This document shows, piece after piece, positions 1-8,472 of a DNA stretch of 32,000 bases. Position 1 is the first letter of the stretch, and each line of letters begins with the position of its first letter. The stretch is from the NCBI GenBank assembly GCA_021735045.1, contig JAIPHU010000002.1, positions 1 through 32,000 on the forward strand, read 5' to 3'. Origin of the DNA: Candidatus Omnitrophota bacterium (GTDB lineage: Bacteria > Omnitrophota > Gorgyraeia > Duberdicusellales > 4484-171). The translations under genes and the position numbers were made by a program. Under the pieces are notes generated by a model. That model did not search any database, was not told the DNA's origin, and was given only the letters and a program-made list of their open reading frames with translations.

Positions 1-2841
1 ATTAAGAATATGAAAAGTTATTCTTATGATAATTTCGGCTACATTACTGTTGAATTTCTGATGTCTTCAGATGTTAATATTAAATTTATTGAAGTTAAAG
101 ATAAAGTTGAAGCAATTCGCAATGATTTACCTGACGATATAGAGAAACCGGTTATTGAAAAGTTTGATCCGCTAATGAAGCCGGTTATGGATGTTGTTTT
201 ATCTAGCGATAGGGTGAGCAGCCGTGATTTATATGAATTTGCCGATAAGAAGTTCAAGGATAAATTTTCTTCTGTTGAGGGTGTTGCCAATGTGGATTTG
301 TATGGGGGAAAGATTAGGCAAATTAATGTTATTTTAGACCCGATGTTAATGCAGAGAAAATATATCACTATTTATAATGTAATAAGTAGTATCAGAGAAA
401 AAAATAAAAATATCCCCGGAGGCTTGCTGGAAAAAGAGGATACTTCTTTATCTTTGCGTTTTTTAGGGGAATTTCAAAATCCGGAAGAAATTTCTGATTT
501 ATTAGTCAGTTCAGGTGACGGTAAACGGTTTCCTTTAAGCGAGATTGGTGAGGTAGAAGATAGCTTTAAAGAAATTGAGACAATTGCTCGTTTTAATGGA
601 AAAAATATTGTTGGTTTATCGATAAATAAAGTTTCTGATGGAAATGCTATTGATATTTCAAAAGAAATCCGCCGGCGCTTTCCCGAATTTAAAAAAATAC
701 TTCCGGAGGGAGTCTCTTTAGAGATAGCCACAGATACCACTGATTTTATTATTAATGAGACCAATCAAACTTATATGAATATAATTGTGGGGATTTTTCT
801 CACAATTTTAATTCTTTATTTTTTTACCGGCCATATTAATTTAACTTTTATCTCAACAATAGTTATCCCAACTTCATTGATTTCGGCTTTATTTTTAATG
901 GATTCTTTTGGCCTAACTATAAATGCCTTAACACTTTTGGGGATAGCTACAGTGCTGGGAACATTGATTGCTAATGCGATTGTTATTATTGAAAATGTCC
1001 TAGAGCATCTTGAGCATAAAGAAACGGCCTTGCAGGCTGCAATTGATGGCACCAAAGAAGTTTCGGGAGCAGTTTTAGCTGCAACTGGAACAAATTTAGT
1101 GGTTTTTACTCCGATTGCAATGATGAGCGGTATTGTTGGCCAATTTATGAGAGCTTTTGGCCTTACAGTTATATTTGCTACTTTGTTTTCATTGCTTTCT
1201 TCATTTAGTCTTACTCCGATGTTGTGCGGCCTATTGCTGAAGAAAAAAGATATAAAAAAGAAAGAAAAAAGAAAAACTATCAATCCTTTTGCCAAGTTAG
1301 CTGAAGAGGTAAACAGAGCAATGGAGTGCTTAAAGGCTGAATATAAAAAAATATTTGATTTAATTTTTCGTTTTCCTAAATTAACAGTTACCTTTGTTAT
1401 CTTGGCCTTTCTTTCTTTAGCTTTAATTATGCCTTATATTGGCGGTGAGTTTTTTCCGGATTCTGATGAAGATATGATCACGATAAAAATTACCATGCCT
1501 CAAGGTTCAACTATTGAAAGGACTGAAAAAATAACAAAGATTATTGAAGAGAGAGGTGAAAAAATTCCAGAGCTAGAATCTATCTTAACTAGTATTGGCC
1601 AAGACGGAGTAGAAAATTCTGCAGTTGTAGTTAATCTTATTTCTTCTACAAAACGAAAACGTTCGGATACCGATATTATTCAGGAATTAATACCTTTTAC
1701 AGCTCAAATTCCTGATGCTGAAATTAATATTCGCAGGGGAGAAGCTAGAGGAGGCATTGAAGGGGATATATCGGTAAATGTCTATGGCCCTGATTATGAT
1801 AAAATAATAGAAATTTCAGAGAATATGAGAGAAATTATGCAGGATTCAGAATTTTTTCGTTCAGTAACCTCTTCCTACAAAACGCCAAAGAAGGAAATTA
1901 GATTTTTCCCTGACCAAAAAAAATTAATAGAACATGGCCTTGCTGCGGCTGAAATTGGGAATACGATTAGAGCCTCTGTCTATGGAAATGACAGCAATAT
2001 ATATAAGGAAGGAGGCCAAGAATATGATATTAATGTTGAGTTAGATGATCGTTATAGCCAAGATTTTGAAGATTTAAAACAAATACAAATTATTTCTTCT
2101 AAAGGGATGTTTCCGGTTACTGAATTAGGTAAGATAAAAGAAGCGAAAGCTTTACCTAATATTCGCCATCGGGATAAAGAAAGATTTATTCGCTTGGAAG
2201 GATATCTTTCAAAATCAAATAGCGGCTATGTACAAAGTATTTTAAATCAGGAATTCAAGAAAATAAATTTTCCTGATGGTTATGGTTATGGTTATTTTGG
2301 TATGGCCGAACACCAAAGAGAGACTGGCAGAGAAGTGCTCAAGGCCTTTTTCTTAGCAGTGATTTTAACTTATATGCTTTTAGCTGCTTTGCTTAATTCC
2401 TTTACTTATCCTATACCTATTTTATTGTCAGTTGGCACTTCATTTATTGGAGTCTTTTATGCTCTTTTTTTCTTGGGCCAAGATATTAATATTGCTTCTA
2501 TGTTGGGGATGGTGATGTTAGTTGGAATGGTAGTTAATAACTCTATTTTACTTATAGATTATACCTTAATTAAAATGAAAGAGGGTGTGGAGGTGGTTGA
2601 GGCTTTATGGCTGGGAGCATCAAGAAAATTTCGGGCCATAATTATGACTTCTTTAGCTATTATACTGGGAGTTGCCCCACAAATAAAGTCAGTTATGCCG
2701 ATTAAACCTTCAATGAGTGCTGTAGTTATCGGTGGAATGTTAGCATCAATACTGTTTACTTTTATTTTTACGCCGGTTGCTTTTTGGTATATTGAAAGAT
2801 TCAGTAAAAAACTATTGGCTATTTTTAACCAGAAAAACTAA
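1..2841 (+). CDS. RND-family (AcrB/HAE1-like) inner-membrane efflux transporter, 5' end cut by window edge
   Basis: Frame is open from nt 1 (track Met at 10). 943+ aa with large soluble loops alternating with multi-TM blocks (IVGIFLTILILYFF, FLAVILTYMLLAALLNSF, MLGMVMLVGMVVNNSILLIDY), as in AcrB/CzcA-type pumps. Shorter than typical full-length pumps, so the N-terminus lies upstream of the window. Confidence 0.9.
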   Translation: MKNMKSYSYDNFGYITVEFLMSSDVNIKFIEVKDKVEAIRNDLPDDIEKPVIEKFDPLMKPVMDVVLSSDRVSSRDLYEFADKKFKDKFSSVEGVANVDLYGGKIRQINVILDPMLMQRKYITIYNVISSIREKNKNIPGGLLEKEDTSLSLRFLGEFQNPEEISDLLVSSGDGKRFPLSEIGEVEDSFKEIETIARFNGKNIVGLSINKVSDGNAIDISKEIRRRFPEFKKILPEGVSLEIATDTTDFIINETNQTYMNIIVGIFLTILILYFFTGHINLTFISTIVIPTSLISALFLMDSFGLTINALTLLGIATVLGTLIANAIVIIENVLEHLEHKETALQAAIDGTKEVSGAVLAATGTNLVVFTPIAMMSGIVGQFMRAFGLTVIFATLFSLLSSFSLTPMLCGLLLKKKDIKKKEKRKTINPFAKLAEEVNRAMECLKAEYKKIFDLIFRFPKLTVTFVILAFLSLALIMPYIGGEFFPDSDEDMITIKITMPQGSTIERTEKITKIIEERGEKIPELESILTSIGQDGVENSAVVVNLISSTKRKRSDTDIIQELIPFTAQIPDAEINIRRGEARGGIEGDISVNVYGPDYDKIIEISENMREIMQDSEFFRSVTSSYKTPKKEIRFFPDQKKLIEHGLAAAEIGNTIRASVYGNDSNIYKEGGQEYDINVELDDRYSQDFEDLKQIQIISSKGMFPVTELGKIKEAKALPNIRHRDKERFIRLEGYLSKSNSGYVQSILNQEFKKINFPDGYGYGYFGMAEHQRETGREVLKAFFLAVILTYMLLAALLNSFTYPIPILLSVGTSFIGVFYALFFLGQDINIASMLGMVMLVGMVVNNSILLIDYTLIKMKEGVEVVEALWLGASRKFRAIIMTSLAIILGVAPQIKSVMPIKPSMSAVVIGGMLASILFTFIFTPVAFWYIERFSKKLLAIFNQKN

Positions 2842-2913
2842 AATAACTGTAAAACTTGCCGGCCACGCCACAGTGATTAAAAACAAAAGACGAAATAACC
2901 ACTCCTAACCAAT

Positions 2914-2932
2914 CCCCACCTCCGAGGTGGGG
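2914..2932 (+). other. GC-rich perfect hairpin (ccccacct-ccg-aggtgggg) downstream of the RND gene; possible transcript-end or stability element without a U-tract
   Basis: 8-bp perfect stem with 3-nt loop read directly. Locally GC-rich in an AT-rich genome. No T-run follows, so it is not a canonical intrinsic terminator. Confidence 0.4.
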
Positions 2933-2959
2933 AATTAAACAAATTTTAGAAAAAATGGC

Positions 2960-2988
2960 TTGATTCTTGTTTGTAATTACCTTAATAT
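2960..2988 (+). promoter_or_regulatory. Candidate sigma70-type promoter (TTGATT-17 nt-TAATAT) for the patatin operon
   Basis: Hexamers and 17-nt spacer read directly. AT-rich background makes chance matches likely. Confidence 0.3.
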
Positions 2989-3033
2989 GTTTTAGAACAA
3001 TGTCTGTGTGTATCTGTTATTATCAGTGTGAAT

Positions 3034-3108
3034 CTGCCGTGAACCAGAACAAGTACGGTTCACGGCAGCTCCGAATCGTAGTTTTGCAAAGCAAAACTTC
3101 TGGTTCGG
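3034..3108 (+). ncRNA. Two adjacent strong stem-loops in the roughly 130-nt leader of the patatin gene (candidate cis-regulatory RNA or small RNA, family unknown)
   Basis: Hairpin 1: ctgccgtgaacc (3034-3045) pairs with ggttcacggcag (3057-3068), 12 bp perfect, 11-nt loop. Hairpin 2: ccgaatc/ggttcgg (3071-3077 with 3102-3108, one G-U) plus agttttgc/gcaaaact (3080-3087 with 3091-3098) and an aaa loop. Confidence 0.4.
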
Positions 3109-3125
3109 TGCTGTGTTTAAAAATT

Positions 3126-4046
3126 ATGGCAAAAAAGAAAAAAATTGGATTAGTTTTAGGTGGAGGCGGGGCGCGAGGCTTGGCTCACATTGGTGTAATC
3201 AGGCAGCTGGAAAAAGCAGGGATTGTCCCTGATATTATAGTAGGAGCTAGTATGGGAGCAGTAATTGGAGGAGCTTATGCGCTTTTTGCGAATGCAAAAA
3301 TTTTAGAAAAAAAAGTTCTAGAATTGGTTAAAAATAAAGATTTAAGTAAATTAGAATCTTTAGCTGCACCGCGCAGTGAAGAAGATAAGGAAATTATTTT
3401 TCAAAGATTAGCAACCTTTGTTTCTAAACTTGTGCTTTGGAATTTACGGGCAGTAAAAGGTTCTATAACTGATGGGATAAAAATTAAAGAGATAATTAAT
3501 AAATTAATAAATTCAAAAAAATTTTCACAGACAAAAATAAAATTCGCTTGCACCGCAATTGATATTAATTGGGGTAAAGAAGTGCTTTTTACTAAAGGTT
3601 TTTTAGCTGATGCTATTTTTGCCAGCATCTCGATTCCGGGAGTTTTTCCACCGATAAAGCAAGATGGTAAGCTTTTGGTTGACGGTGGTATAATTAATAT
3701 GGTTCCGGTTGAAGTAGCCCAAAGGCTTGGGGCAGACATTACTATTGCAATTGATGCAAGTTTAGACATTAAGCCAACAGAATTTAAACACGGTCATGAT
3801 ATTTTATTCCGGACAGAGATGATTAAGGAAAAAGAAATCGGCGAACTTAAAATGAAATCAGCTGATATTATAATTAGGCCTGATGTAGGAGGTTATAGTT
3901 GGGCTCGATTTTCAAAAATTAACTCTCTTATTAAAAAAGGAGAAGTTGCCGCCAATGATAAGTTGGCTGAGATTAAAAAAGTAATAGAGGGTAAAAATAG
4001 TTTATTAAACAAGATAACCGGTAAGTTGCGAGGTAAGAAAAAATGA
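3126..4046 (+). CDS. Patatin-like phospholipase (RssA-like)
   Basis: GGGGARG oxyanion motif, GASMG (GxSxG nucleophile) and DGG catalytic Asp motif. Start moved to MAKKKKIGLVLGGG (ATG 3126) because the track's upstream extension is Cys-rich nonsense covering the hairpin region. Confidence 0.9.
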   Translation: MAKKKKIGLVLGGGGARGLAHIGVIRQLEKAGIVPDIIVGASMGAVIGGAYALFANAKILEKKVLELVKNKDLSKLESLAAPRSEEDKEIIFQRLATFVSKLVLWNLRAVKGSITDGIKIKEIINKLINSKKFSQTKIKFACTAIDINWGKEVLFTKGFLADAIFASISIPGVFPPIKQDGKLLVDGGIINMVPVEVAQRLGADITIAIDASLDIKPTEFKHGHDILFRTEMIKEKEIGELKMKSADIIIRPDVGGYSWARFSKINSLIKKGEVAANDKLAEIKKVIEGKNSLLNKITGKLRGKKK

Positions 4047-4765
4047 TGCGTTCGGGAAATCCTGCTTTAAAAAGTAGTACTTTTTCACAGGTTGCTAGAG
4101 ATGGAGTTGGAGTAATGAGCCTACAAGGCACGGTCAATAAAACATTAATTCTTTTAAGCCTGACTTTTTTAAGTTCCTGGTGGGTTTGGCAAAATCCAGC
4201 TAAATTTATACCTTTTATGTTACCAGCAGTAATTGTTGGTTTTATTCTGGCGTTGATTACTATTTTTAAAAAAAAGTGGTCTCCTTTAACCTCACCTTTA
4301 TATGCTCTAGTTGAAGGTGTCTTTTTAGGTGCAATTTCTGCCTTGTTTGAAAAGCAATATCCGGGAATTGTGATCCAAGCTGTAGCCCTTACTTTTGGAG
4401 TTCTTTTTTGCTTACTTTTAGCTTATAAATCAGGGATGATTAAGGTTACCCAAAATTTTCGTCTTGGGGTAGTTGCTGCAACGGGTGGCATTGCATTACT
4501 ATACTTTGTAAATATTATTATTGGTTTTTTTGGAACCCGAATTCCGTTTATTCATGAGGCCGGTTTATTGGGAATTGGATTTAGCTTGTTTGTGGTAGTA
4601 ATTGCTTCTTTGAATTTAGTCCTAGATTTTGATTTTATTGAAAAGGGAGCAGAAGCGGGTGCGCCAAAATATATGGAGTGGTACGGAGCTTTTGGATTAA
4701 TTGTTACCTTGATCTGGCTTTATTTAGAAATTTTAAGGTTGCTTGCTAAATTGCAAAGGAGGTAA
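4043..4765 (+). CDS. Bax-inhibitor-1/YccA-like multi-pass membrane protein
   Basis: N-terminal MMRSGNPALKSS motif followed by about 6-7 hydrophobic helices. ATGA overlap with the patatin stop indicates coupling. Confidence 0.6.
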   Translation: MMRSGNPALKSSTFSQVARDGVGVMSLQGTVNKTLILLSLTFLSSWWVWQNPAKFIPFMLPAVIVGFILALITIFKKKWSPLTSPLYALVEGVFLGAISALFEKQYPGIVIQAVALTFGVLFCLLLAYKSGMIKVTQNFRLGVVAATGGIALLYFVNIIIGFFGTRIPFIHEAGLLGIGFSLFVVVIASLNLVLDFDFIEKGAEAGAPKYMEWYGAFGLIVTLIWLYLEILRLLAKLQRR

Positions 4766-4766
4766 G

Positions 4767-4979
4767 ATGAAAGAATTTTTGGTAGGATTAATTTTTATTT
4801 TAGGTGTTTTAGTTTTATCTGGATTAGGCCTTCTGCTTTATCCGTTTTTATTAATCTTAGGGTTTACTCTGAGGATATTTATAGTAGTAGCTTTAGTTAT
4901 ATTTTTTATTTGGCTTCTTGGCAAATTCATTATCTTTGTCTGGGAATCATTAAAAAAGGAATCAAAACCTAAACCTTAA
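4767..4979 (+). CDS. Small two-TM membrane protein, unknown function
   Basis: ATG 4767 preceded by ggagg. 70 aa, almost entirely hydrophobic (LVGLIFILGVLVLSGLGLLLYPFLLILGF...). Confidence 0.5.
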   Translation: MKEFLVGLIFILGVLVLSGLGLLLYPFLLILGFTLRIFIVVALVIFFIWLLGKFIIFVWESLKKESKPKP

Positions 4980-5001
4980 TCTTTTTTATTGGGGTCAAGT
5001 T

Positions 5002-5526
5002 ATGAGTAAAAAGATATCAGGCATAAGTATTGAATGCACAAAGGGAGATATTGCTGCCCAGCCTGATTTAGATGCAGTGGTAAATGCAGCAAATAAAGAT
5101 TTAGTAATCGGAGGGGGCGTGGCAGGAGCGATTCATAGGAAAGCTGGCCCAAAACTAGAAGAAGAGTCAGCTAAGCTTGGGCCAATAAAACCAGGTCAAG
5201 CTGTTATAACGGGAGCTTATCAGCTTTCCAATAAATTCGTAATTCATTGCCTGGGGCCTGTATACGGTAAAGATAAACCAGAAGATAGGCTGCTTGCCGA
5301 TTGTTATAGAAATGCGCTTTATTTAGCTGAGCAAAACAAGATAAAATCAATTGGGTTTCCGGCTATTTCAACCGGAGCCTTTGGCTATCCGATAAAATTA
5401 GCAATAAAAGTTGTAAAAGAAGTAGTTGAGGAGATTGTTCCTAAATTGAGCAACTTAGAAAAAATAAAATTTGTCTTGTATAATCAAGATAATCTAAAGA
5501 TATACCAGCAGACTTTTAAGACATAA
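5002..5526 (+). CDS. Macro-domain protein (ADP-ribose / O-acetyl-ADP-ribose binding or hydrolysing, YmdB-like)
   Basis: VNAANKDLVIGGGVAGAIHRKAGP and FPAISTGAFGYP motifs are classic macrodomain signatures. Confidence 0.9.
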   Translation: MSKKISGISIECTKGDIAAQPDLDAVVNAANKDLVIGGGVAGAIHRKAGPKLEEESAKLGPIKPGQAVITGAYQLSNKFVIHCLGPVYGKDKPEDRLLADCYRNALYLAEQNKIKSIGFPAISTGAFGYPIKLAIKVVKEVVEEIVPKLSNLEKIKFVLYNQDNLKIYQQTFKT

Positions 5527-5541
5527 ATTTAAATTTTAATA

Positions 5542-5943
5542 TTGAAGTTCAACAAAGATTATCTATTACGGTTTATATTTTTTGCAATTGTTTTTTTTGC
5601 TTTTTGCTATGGAGCAATATCTTTCTATCATAACTACAGTAAAACCGGCCTAGCATCTTACTATTTTAATCAATTTAAGGGTAAAAAAACAGCAAGCGGA
5701 GAACTTTATCGGCCAAATAAGCTAACAGCTGCTCATAGAAGTCTTGCTTTTGGGACAGAAGTTGAAGTTACCAATTTAGAAAATAATAAAAAAGTTGTGG
5801 TAACCATTAACGACAGGGGGCCTTATGTTTGGGGAAGAATTATAGATTTATCCTATGCAGCAGCTAAAAAATTAGGTATACTAGAGAAAGGGATTACGAA
5901 AGTAAAAATAAGAGTATTGGAGAAAGCTCGTAATAAACAATAA
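5542..5943 (+). CDS. rlpA: RlpA-like septal-ring lytic transglycosylase / double-psi beta-barrel protein
   Basis: ASYY..GKKTASGE...TAAH..L.FGT.V.VTN..N.K.V.V.INDRGPY...RIIDLS..AA..LG pattern. TTG start with no clear SD, so the start is uncertain. Confidence 0.8.
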   Translation: MKFNKDYLLRFIFFAIVFFAFCYGAISFYHNYSKTGLASYYFNQFKGKKTASGELYRPNKLTAAHRSLAFGTEVEVTNLENNKKVVVTINDRGPYVWGRIIDLSYAAAKKLGILEKGITKVKIRVLEKARNKQ

Positions 5944-5951
5944 ACAAATTC

Positions 5952-5987
5952 CAAATTACAAACAAATTACAATATACAATAGACAAA
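5952..5987. repeat. Left arm of imperfect inverted repeat bracketing the four-helix-bundle ORF
   Basis: Collinear, ungapped pairing with 6361-6396: 28 of 36 positions complementary, including a perfect 14-bp block (caaattacaaacaa with ttgtttgtaatttg). This arm contains a single G on the + strand. Confidence 0.6.
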
Positions 5988-6353
5988 ATGGAAAAAGGGA
6001 ATAATGGTGGTAAACCGTTCAATTTAGAAAAAAGAACATTGTTATTTACTAAATCTGTGGTTGATTTATGCAAAAAGTTAAGACACAATATTGTAAATCA
6101 ACGTTATATAAGTCAATTGCTTGATGCGGCGGGTTCAGTAGGAGCTAACTACAGGGAAGCAAATGAAAAGCTTAGCAAAAAAGATTTTATATTTCGAATG
6201 AGAATTACAAGAAAAGAATGCAAAGAAAGCAGTTATTGGTTAGAGATTCTCAAACATGCGAACAATAATTACGAAGACGAAATTGATAAGCTTATTGCAG
6301 AAGCGCAAGAATTGAGGAATATATTTACATCAATAATTGAGAAATCAACATAA
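5988..6353 (+). CDS. Four-helix-bundle protein of the 23S-rRNA-intervening-sequence protein / Avd-like family
   Basis: GANYREANE...SKKDF..R..I.RKECKES.YWLEIL is the hallmark pattern of this family. 121 aa. Confidence 0.85.
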   Translation: MEKGNNGGKPFNLEKRTLLFTKSVVDLCKKLRHNIVNQRYISQLLDAAGSVGANYREANEKLSKKDFIFRMRITRKECKESSYWLEILKHANNNYEDEIDKLIAEAQELRNIFTSIIEKST

Positions 6354-6360
6354 CCTGCAG

Positions 6361-6396
6361 TTTGGATATTGTTTATTTGGTATTGTTTGTAATTTG
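6361..6396. repeat. Right arm of imperfect inverted repeat bracketing the four-helix-bundle ORF
   Basis: Begins 7 nt after the stop codon. C-free on the + strand. Complements 5952-5987 (see left arm). Confidence 0.6.
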
Positions 6397-6454
6397 TTTA
6401 TTTAATATTGTATATTTCATAGGCAACTAAACTTAATGATAAGGAGGATTTTTT

Positions 6455-7006
6455 ATGAAGCCGAGAATTATGATTTTTTTAGATGCAGAGTACGTGGTTC
6501 AGAAAATGCGGGAGATACAACGAAGAAAAAAAATTGGCCGAAAAAGTATCAATTGGCAAAATATAATTAGATGGATTGCTGACAATCGCCGTTTGATTCG
6601 TTGTTATTATTACTCTGCCGAATTTAATAAAGCTGAAAACGAAAAAACTTATCAGGAGCAACACGATTATCTCAAAGACTTAAAACTCTCTATTCCTTAT
6701 TTTGAGATAAAACTAGGTCGTCTGGTGAGGGTTAATCAAGGTTGGGTACAGAAAGGGTTAGATGTAAAAATTGCTCTAGATATGTTTGCCAAAGCAGTGC
6801 TGGATCAATATGATGTTGCGGCACTGGTTTCAGGGGATTCAGATTTTATTGATGTGATCAAAGAGGTCAAAGAGCGTTACGGAAAACATGTTGAGCTTTA
6901 TACGTTCGACCGCTCAATCCATGAGGATTTAAGGCTTACTCCCGATGAACATTTAATTATAGACAGGTCAGCTGCCCGCCGGGGGCGGTTTTTTACACAA
7001 AAGTAA
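6455..7006 (+). CDS. NYN-domain (LabA/DUF88-like) putative ribonuclease
   Basis: [17 protein letters not shown] and ALVSGDSDF acidic motifs of LabA-like NYN domains. Strong aaggagg RBS. Confidence 0.85.
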   Translation: MKPRIMIFLDAEYVVQKMREIQRRKKIGRKSINWQNIIRWIADNRRLIRCYYYSAEFNKAENEKTYQEQHDYLKDLKLSIPYFEIKLGRLVRVNQGWVQKGLDVKIALDMFAKAVLDQYDVAALVSGDSDFIDVIKEVKERYGKHVELYTFDRSIHEDLRLTPDEHLIIDRSAARRGRFFTQK

Positions 7007-7043
7007 TTAATACTTTTTTTGAGGTAGAGAGGAAGGAGAATTT

Positions 7044-7430
7044 ATGCGAAAACTAAAGATTTTATTAGTTGACGATGAAAAAGATTTTCGCAAGATAATG
7101 AAAGTAAGGATTTTATCCTGGGAGTTTGTAGAGCATGTCTTAACTGCTAAAAACGGCGAGAGAGGTATTGATGCTGTTAAAAAAGAAGAGCCAGATTTAA
7201 TTATTTTAGATTATATGATGCCAGGGATAAATGGGGTAGAAACTTTAAAAAGAATAAGAAAATTTAATAAAGATATTCCGGTAGTCATGTTTACTGCTTA
7301 TCCTAATAAAAAATCAATGGAAATTACTGAAAAGCTTAACATTACCGCTTTTGTTCCTAAGTGGAGTGAAGTAAACGATATTGAGAAAAGCCTTAAAACA
7401 GTCGTTGATTCAATTGCAAGGAGAGGTTAA
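7044..7430 (+). CDS. Receiver-only response regulator (CheY-like)
   Basis: ILLVDDE, LIILDYMMPGINGVE, PVVMFTAY, K at FVPKW. No output domain. Confidence 0.9.
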   Translation: MRKLKILLVDDEKDFRKIMKVRILSWEFVEHVLTAKNGERGIDAVKKEEPDLIILDYMMPGINGVETLKRIRKFNKDIPVVMFTAYPNKKSMEITEKLNITAFVPKWSEVNDIEKSLKTVVDSIARRG

Positions 7431-7433
7431 ATA

Positions 7434-8462
7434 ATGACAAAAAGAAAAAAGGCAGCTAAGAAGATAGATAGAAAAAAGATTAATAAAAATCTATATAAAG
7501 TTGTTTTGTCTGAATTAAAATATAATCCCTTGCGCAGCATCAAAAATTGTTTTGCCCTTATGGCAATAATACCTTTTTTAACTTTAACTTATCTTTTACT
7601 TGGAAAAAATTTTCTTTATAAACTTTTTTTAGGTGATAACGGGATAATAATCGGGATAGCTATTTTTATTTCTATTTTGGGTTTTTTATTTGCTTATAAA
7701 CTTACTGTTAATATCGTAGATAAGATGCTTTTTTATTTTGTTGAACGAAAAGTTGCCGATCAGGAGAAGTTAGAGATTATTTCTGGTTTTTCACATGATT
7801 TAAAAACACCTTTGGCTATTGTAAAAACTGGTCTGCAAAACATTAATGATGAAGTTGATGGGGTTTTGCCTAAAACATATAAACAGATTGCAAAAGTGTG
7901 TTTAAAAGGGGTAAATAAGGCGACTAATTTTATAAATCAGATATTGAAACTTGCTAAAATAAAAGTTACCGTTTCTAATGTTAACCGAGGTTTAGTTGAT
8001 TTTGATAAAATAATAAAAAAAGAACTGTCAGAGATTATTGCTTTGGCAGACAAAAACAACCAAAAGGTAAATTGCAGGTTTTTATCGACTGATTCAAAGA
8101 TTTGGGGGGATAAAGAAAAATTATCTAGAGCGGTAATGAATCTTTTATCGAATGCTGTTAAGTACGCTGATAATAAAGGTAGGATAGATATAGCACTTTC
8201 TTCTGACAATAATGCAATAAAACTTGCCGTGATAAATACCGGCCCTGGGATTCCTCAAGATAAGCTTGATAAGATATTCGTTAAGTATGAAAGGGTCAAC
8301 GCGAAATCAAAAAAAGAAGGAACCGGAATTGGTCTTTCTTTAGTTAAAGATATTATTGAACTGCATAAAGGTCATATAACTGTAAAAAGCATTCCCAATA
8401 AAGAAACTGAATTTGAAGTAACTTTACCCCGCGATTTACGAACTAAGGCCCGATGTAATTAA
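7434..8462 (+). CDS. Membrane-anchored sensor histidine kinase (HisKA + HATPase_c)
   Basis: Two N-terminal TM segments, H-box SGFSHDLKTPL, N-box NLLSNAVKY, G-boxes NTGPGI and GTGIGLSLV. Confidence 0.9.
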   Translation: MTKRKKAAKKIDRKKINKNLYKVVLSELKYNPLRSIKNCFALMAIIPFLTLTYLLLGKNFLYKLFLGDNGIIIGIAIFISILGFLFAYKLTVNIVDKMLFYFVERKVADQEKLEIISGFSHDLKTPLAIVKTGLQNINDEVDGVLPKTYKQIAKVCLKGVNKATNFINQILKLAKIKVTVSNVNRGLVDFDKIIKKELSEIIALADKNNQKVNCRFLSTDSKIWGDKEKLSRAVMNLLSNAVKYADNKGRIDIALSSDNNAIKLAVINTGPGIPQDKLDKIFVKYERVNAKSKKEGTGIGLSLVKDIIELHKGHITVKSIPNKETEFEVTLPRDLRTKARCN

Positions 8463-8472
8463 GTTTAAAAAA

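Noticed and set aside
39-1295. Three minus-strand ORFs (39-368, 474-764, 816-1295) inside the RND pump gene
   Set aside because: They lie entirely antisense to a confidently recognised transporter gene. Their low-complexity Ser/Ile/Lys/Phe-rich translations are typical of shadow frames in AT-rich DNA.
3034-3108. Identity of the tandem hairpins as SRP (4.5S) RNA, 6S RNA or a c-di-GMP riboswitch
   Set aside because: No GGAA/AGCA domain-IV SRP motif, no long bulged 6S-type helix, and no GEMM-like conserved GGCAAACC / ACGCAAAGCC-type loops could be found. Left as an unclassified structure.
2967-3125. 53-codon N-terminal extension of the patatin ORF from a TTG start
   Set aside because: The translation (MFVITLICFRTMSVCICYYQCES...) is Cys-rich and unlike any patatin N-terminus. 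It covers the promoter-like element and the hairpins. Homologous proteins begin just before the GGGxRG motif, as the ATG at 3126 does.
4743-4766. Upstream start (4743) for the small membrane protein
   Set aside because: It would overlap the preceding gene by 23 nt with no RBS. ATG 4767 is preceded by ggagg at proper spacing.
5894-6088. Minus-strand 64-aa ORF spanning the rlpA end, the left repeat arm and the four-helix-bundle gene start
   Set aside because: It is antisense to two recognisable genes and its translation is low-complexity.
5941-6420. AT-rich repeated motifs (aaacaa / ttgttt) as a CRISPR array, or a complete DGR around the Avd-like gene
   Set aside because: There are only two arms in inverted (not direct) orientation, with one ORF between them. 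No spacer-repeat periodicity, cas gene, reverse transcriptase or TR/VR pair is present in the window.
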